Assembly: GCA_965372795.1 (NCBI GenBank)
Contig: CBDVDR010000024.1
Span: 1 to 40,204, forward strand
From: an uncultured bacterium
Lineage (GTDB): Bacteria; Zixibacteria; MSB-5A5; GN15; FEB-12
Length of the DNA: 40,204 nucleotides
Direction: 5' to 3'
Shown: in pieces, positions 38,862 to 40,204 of the stretch
Layout of the letters: every line of letters begins with the position of its first letter
Numbering within the stretch: the stretch's first letter is position 1
Notes under the pieces: generated by a model
Database searches by the model: none
Told to the model about the DNA's origin: nothing
Seen by the model: only the letters and a program-made list of their open reading frames with translations
Position numbers and translations under genes: made by a program

Positions 38862-39785
38862 ATGGAGCGTAGGATGAACTTATTAAAAAAAATCATTTTC
38901 TTATCTTTTTTCTTTTTGATTTTATCCCCTAATTCAAATTCTACAATTTTCCCGGATATTGTTTTTAAAATTACCGACACAACGGTTCAAACCGGATCGG
39001 AATATGTATTTCTAAATATATATTTAGATAATTTCTATGATACAATCGCCGGATTTGAATTTGTGTTGGAGTCGACCATCCCTGAGCTCGTACTTTTTGA
39101 CTTTAACAACAAAGGATACGACAGTGCCGGTACATTAGTTTCTGGGTTTGAATTTATCAGCGTACGGAATATTTTCAATGACGGTTCGATGCTCAAATTT
39201 CAGTGTATTGCCGATCTCCCTTTCCAACCGAATTTAACCCCCGGTATTCCTCCTCAAATGGGGGCTGTTTTAGTTAAAATCCCTTTATTAATAGCTTCAG
39301 ATATCTCTGATGTTGAAAATTATACCAGTGTTATCAAAGTCCACAAACCCTTCAGTTTTTCCGACCCAAGCGGAAGATCAATTGGCACTGCAGTCGATAC
39401 AACTTATGACACTCTCTACTGGTTGTGTGATGAATGGGATATCGATAGCTGTCTTAGCTGGGATTCAATTTCGGGAAGCCCTGATAATTATGACTCGGTC
39501 GTATATGATACAATTAAGTATGGGTACTTGGATACTACCAAAGTAATAACCTATGAGGGGTCCGTGACGGTCCGGCCCAATTCAGGACTATTGAATTGTG
39601 ATATTTCAAAAGATGATTTTATTAATATCTCTGATTTAACTTGTCTAATAGCCTATTTGTTCGGCGGTTACGATCCCCAAAGATGCGATAATTTGCAATG
39701 TGTTACAAATGGAAATGAGTTTATAGATATTTCAACCCTAACTTATATAATTAATTATTTGTTTAATAATGGTCCGCCTCCCTGA
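38862..39785 (+). CDS. Small secreted cohesin-like plus dockerin-like protein (putative adaptor)
   Basis: Signal peptide; the likely start is 38874, after GGAG. Cohesin-like ITDTTVQTGSEYVFLNIYLDNFYDTIAGFEFVL...GAVLVKIPL. C-terminal CDISKDDFINISDLTCLIAYLFGG...NGNEFIDISTLTYIINYLFNNGPPP. Confidence 0.78.
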   Translation: MERRMNLLKKIIFLSFFFLILSPNSNSTIFPDIVFKITDTTVQTGSEYVFLNIYLDNFYDTIAGFEFVLESTIPELVLFDFNNKGYDSAGTLVSGFEFISVRNIFNDGSMLKFQCIADLPFQPNLTPGIPPQMGAVLVKIPLLIASDISDVENYTSVIKVHKPFSFSDPSGRSIGTAVDTTYDTLYWLCDEWDIDSCLSWDSISGSPDNYDSVVYDTIKYGYLDTTKVITYEGSVTVRPNSGLLNCDISKDDFINISDLTCLIAYLFGGYDPQRCDNLQCVTNGNEFIDISTLTYIINYLFNNGPPP

Positions 39786-40035
39786 TAACCTGTCATTAAT
39801 TGTTTCCCCATATTTCAATTTAATTTAACATAGTAGTATCCAATGACTTATTTTATTAATTCGTAACTCAAAATGCGCTTAATTTGTCCAAAAATACTTG
39901 CTTCGGCAAATTAAATTATGTAACTTCCGGCTTGAAGTTGACAAAAATAGATAAGATTTATTTGAATAAAACATTTTCATGAATCGTCTATAATTAAATT
40001 AAAATTTAAACTTAAAGATAATAAGTGTGGGTGAA

Positions 40036-40204
40036 ATGTTAAAGAGAATTTCAACAACAGTTCTAATTTTGCTTCTTTGTTTGGTCGTAAGCACTTCAAA
40101 TGTTTTATCTAGAACAGCTTACAAGGCACCCAAAAATTCCGGAACTATAACAAAATCAACAGCCTTCCCTGCTGATCAGGCGGCTGATCACAGCGTTGGC
40201 AAAC
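40036..40204 (+). CDS. Secreted protein, 5' part only (runs off the window end)
   Basis: My translation: MLKRISTTVLILLLCLVVSTSNVLSRTAYKAPKNSGTITKSTAFPADQAADHSVGK..., open to the window end with a signal-peptide-like N-terminus. Confidence 0.7.
   Translation, partial: MLKRISTTVLILLLCLVVSTSNVLSRTAYKAPKNSGTITKSTAFPADQAADHSVGK

Noticed and set aside
379..39546. Numerous 60-150 aa ORFs overlapping the long genes (e.g. 5274-5528, 12236-12562, 20214-20585, 23698-24117, 37798-38256)
   Set aside because: They are antisense or alternate-frame shadows of well-supported CDSs, with no recognisable motifs.

Overview
AT-rich bacterial chromosomal segment with about 21 CDSs (two cut by the window ends), one tRNA and several intrinsic terminators. 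I see no integrase, transposase, CRISPR array or rRNA. The dockerin style, the T9SS/FlgD-Ig-type C-terminal domain and the Cys-rich secreted proteins suggest an FCB-related lineage such as Zixibacteria (inference only). Housekeeping and metabolic genes: mtnN, pcm, pfkA, glgP, an NfsA-type nitroreductase, a LOG protein, a beta-CASP nuclease, an EVE protein, DUF819 and a polyferredoxin. The main theme is secreted proteolysis: an M12B/reprolysin-like peptidase, an S8 subtilase, an EcxA-like zinc peptidase and an M16B pair. Top observations: (1) four dispersed genes encode a candidate cohesin-dockerin, cellulosome-like protease complex (a 1938-aa Cys-rich scaffold with cohesin-like, dockerin-like and sorting domains; two dockerin-tagged peptidases; a 307-aa cohesin+dockerin adaptor). 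(2) A tRNA-His(GUG) gene lacks the canonical G-1:C73 identity pair and has G1:U72/A73 instead. (3) A small protein fuses a RelA/SpoT RIS-like zinc motif to a DUF2250-like winged helix. (4) D-(S/T)-hydrophobic O-glycosylation-like sequons are enriched in the secreted proteins, and the window also encodes a GT-C-like TPR membrane protein. All domain calls come from motif recognition by eye; no searches were run.
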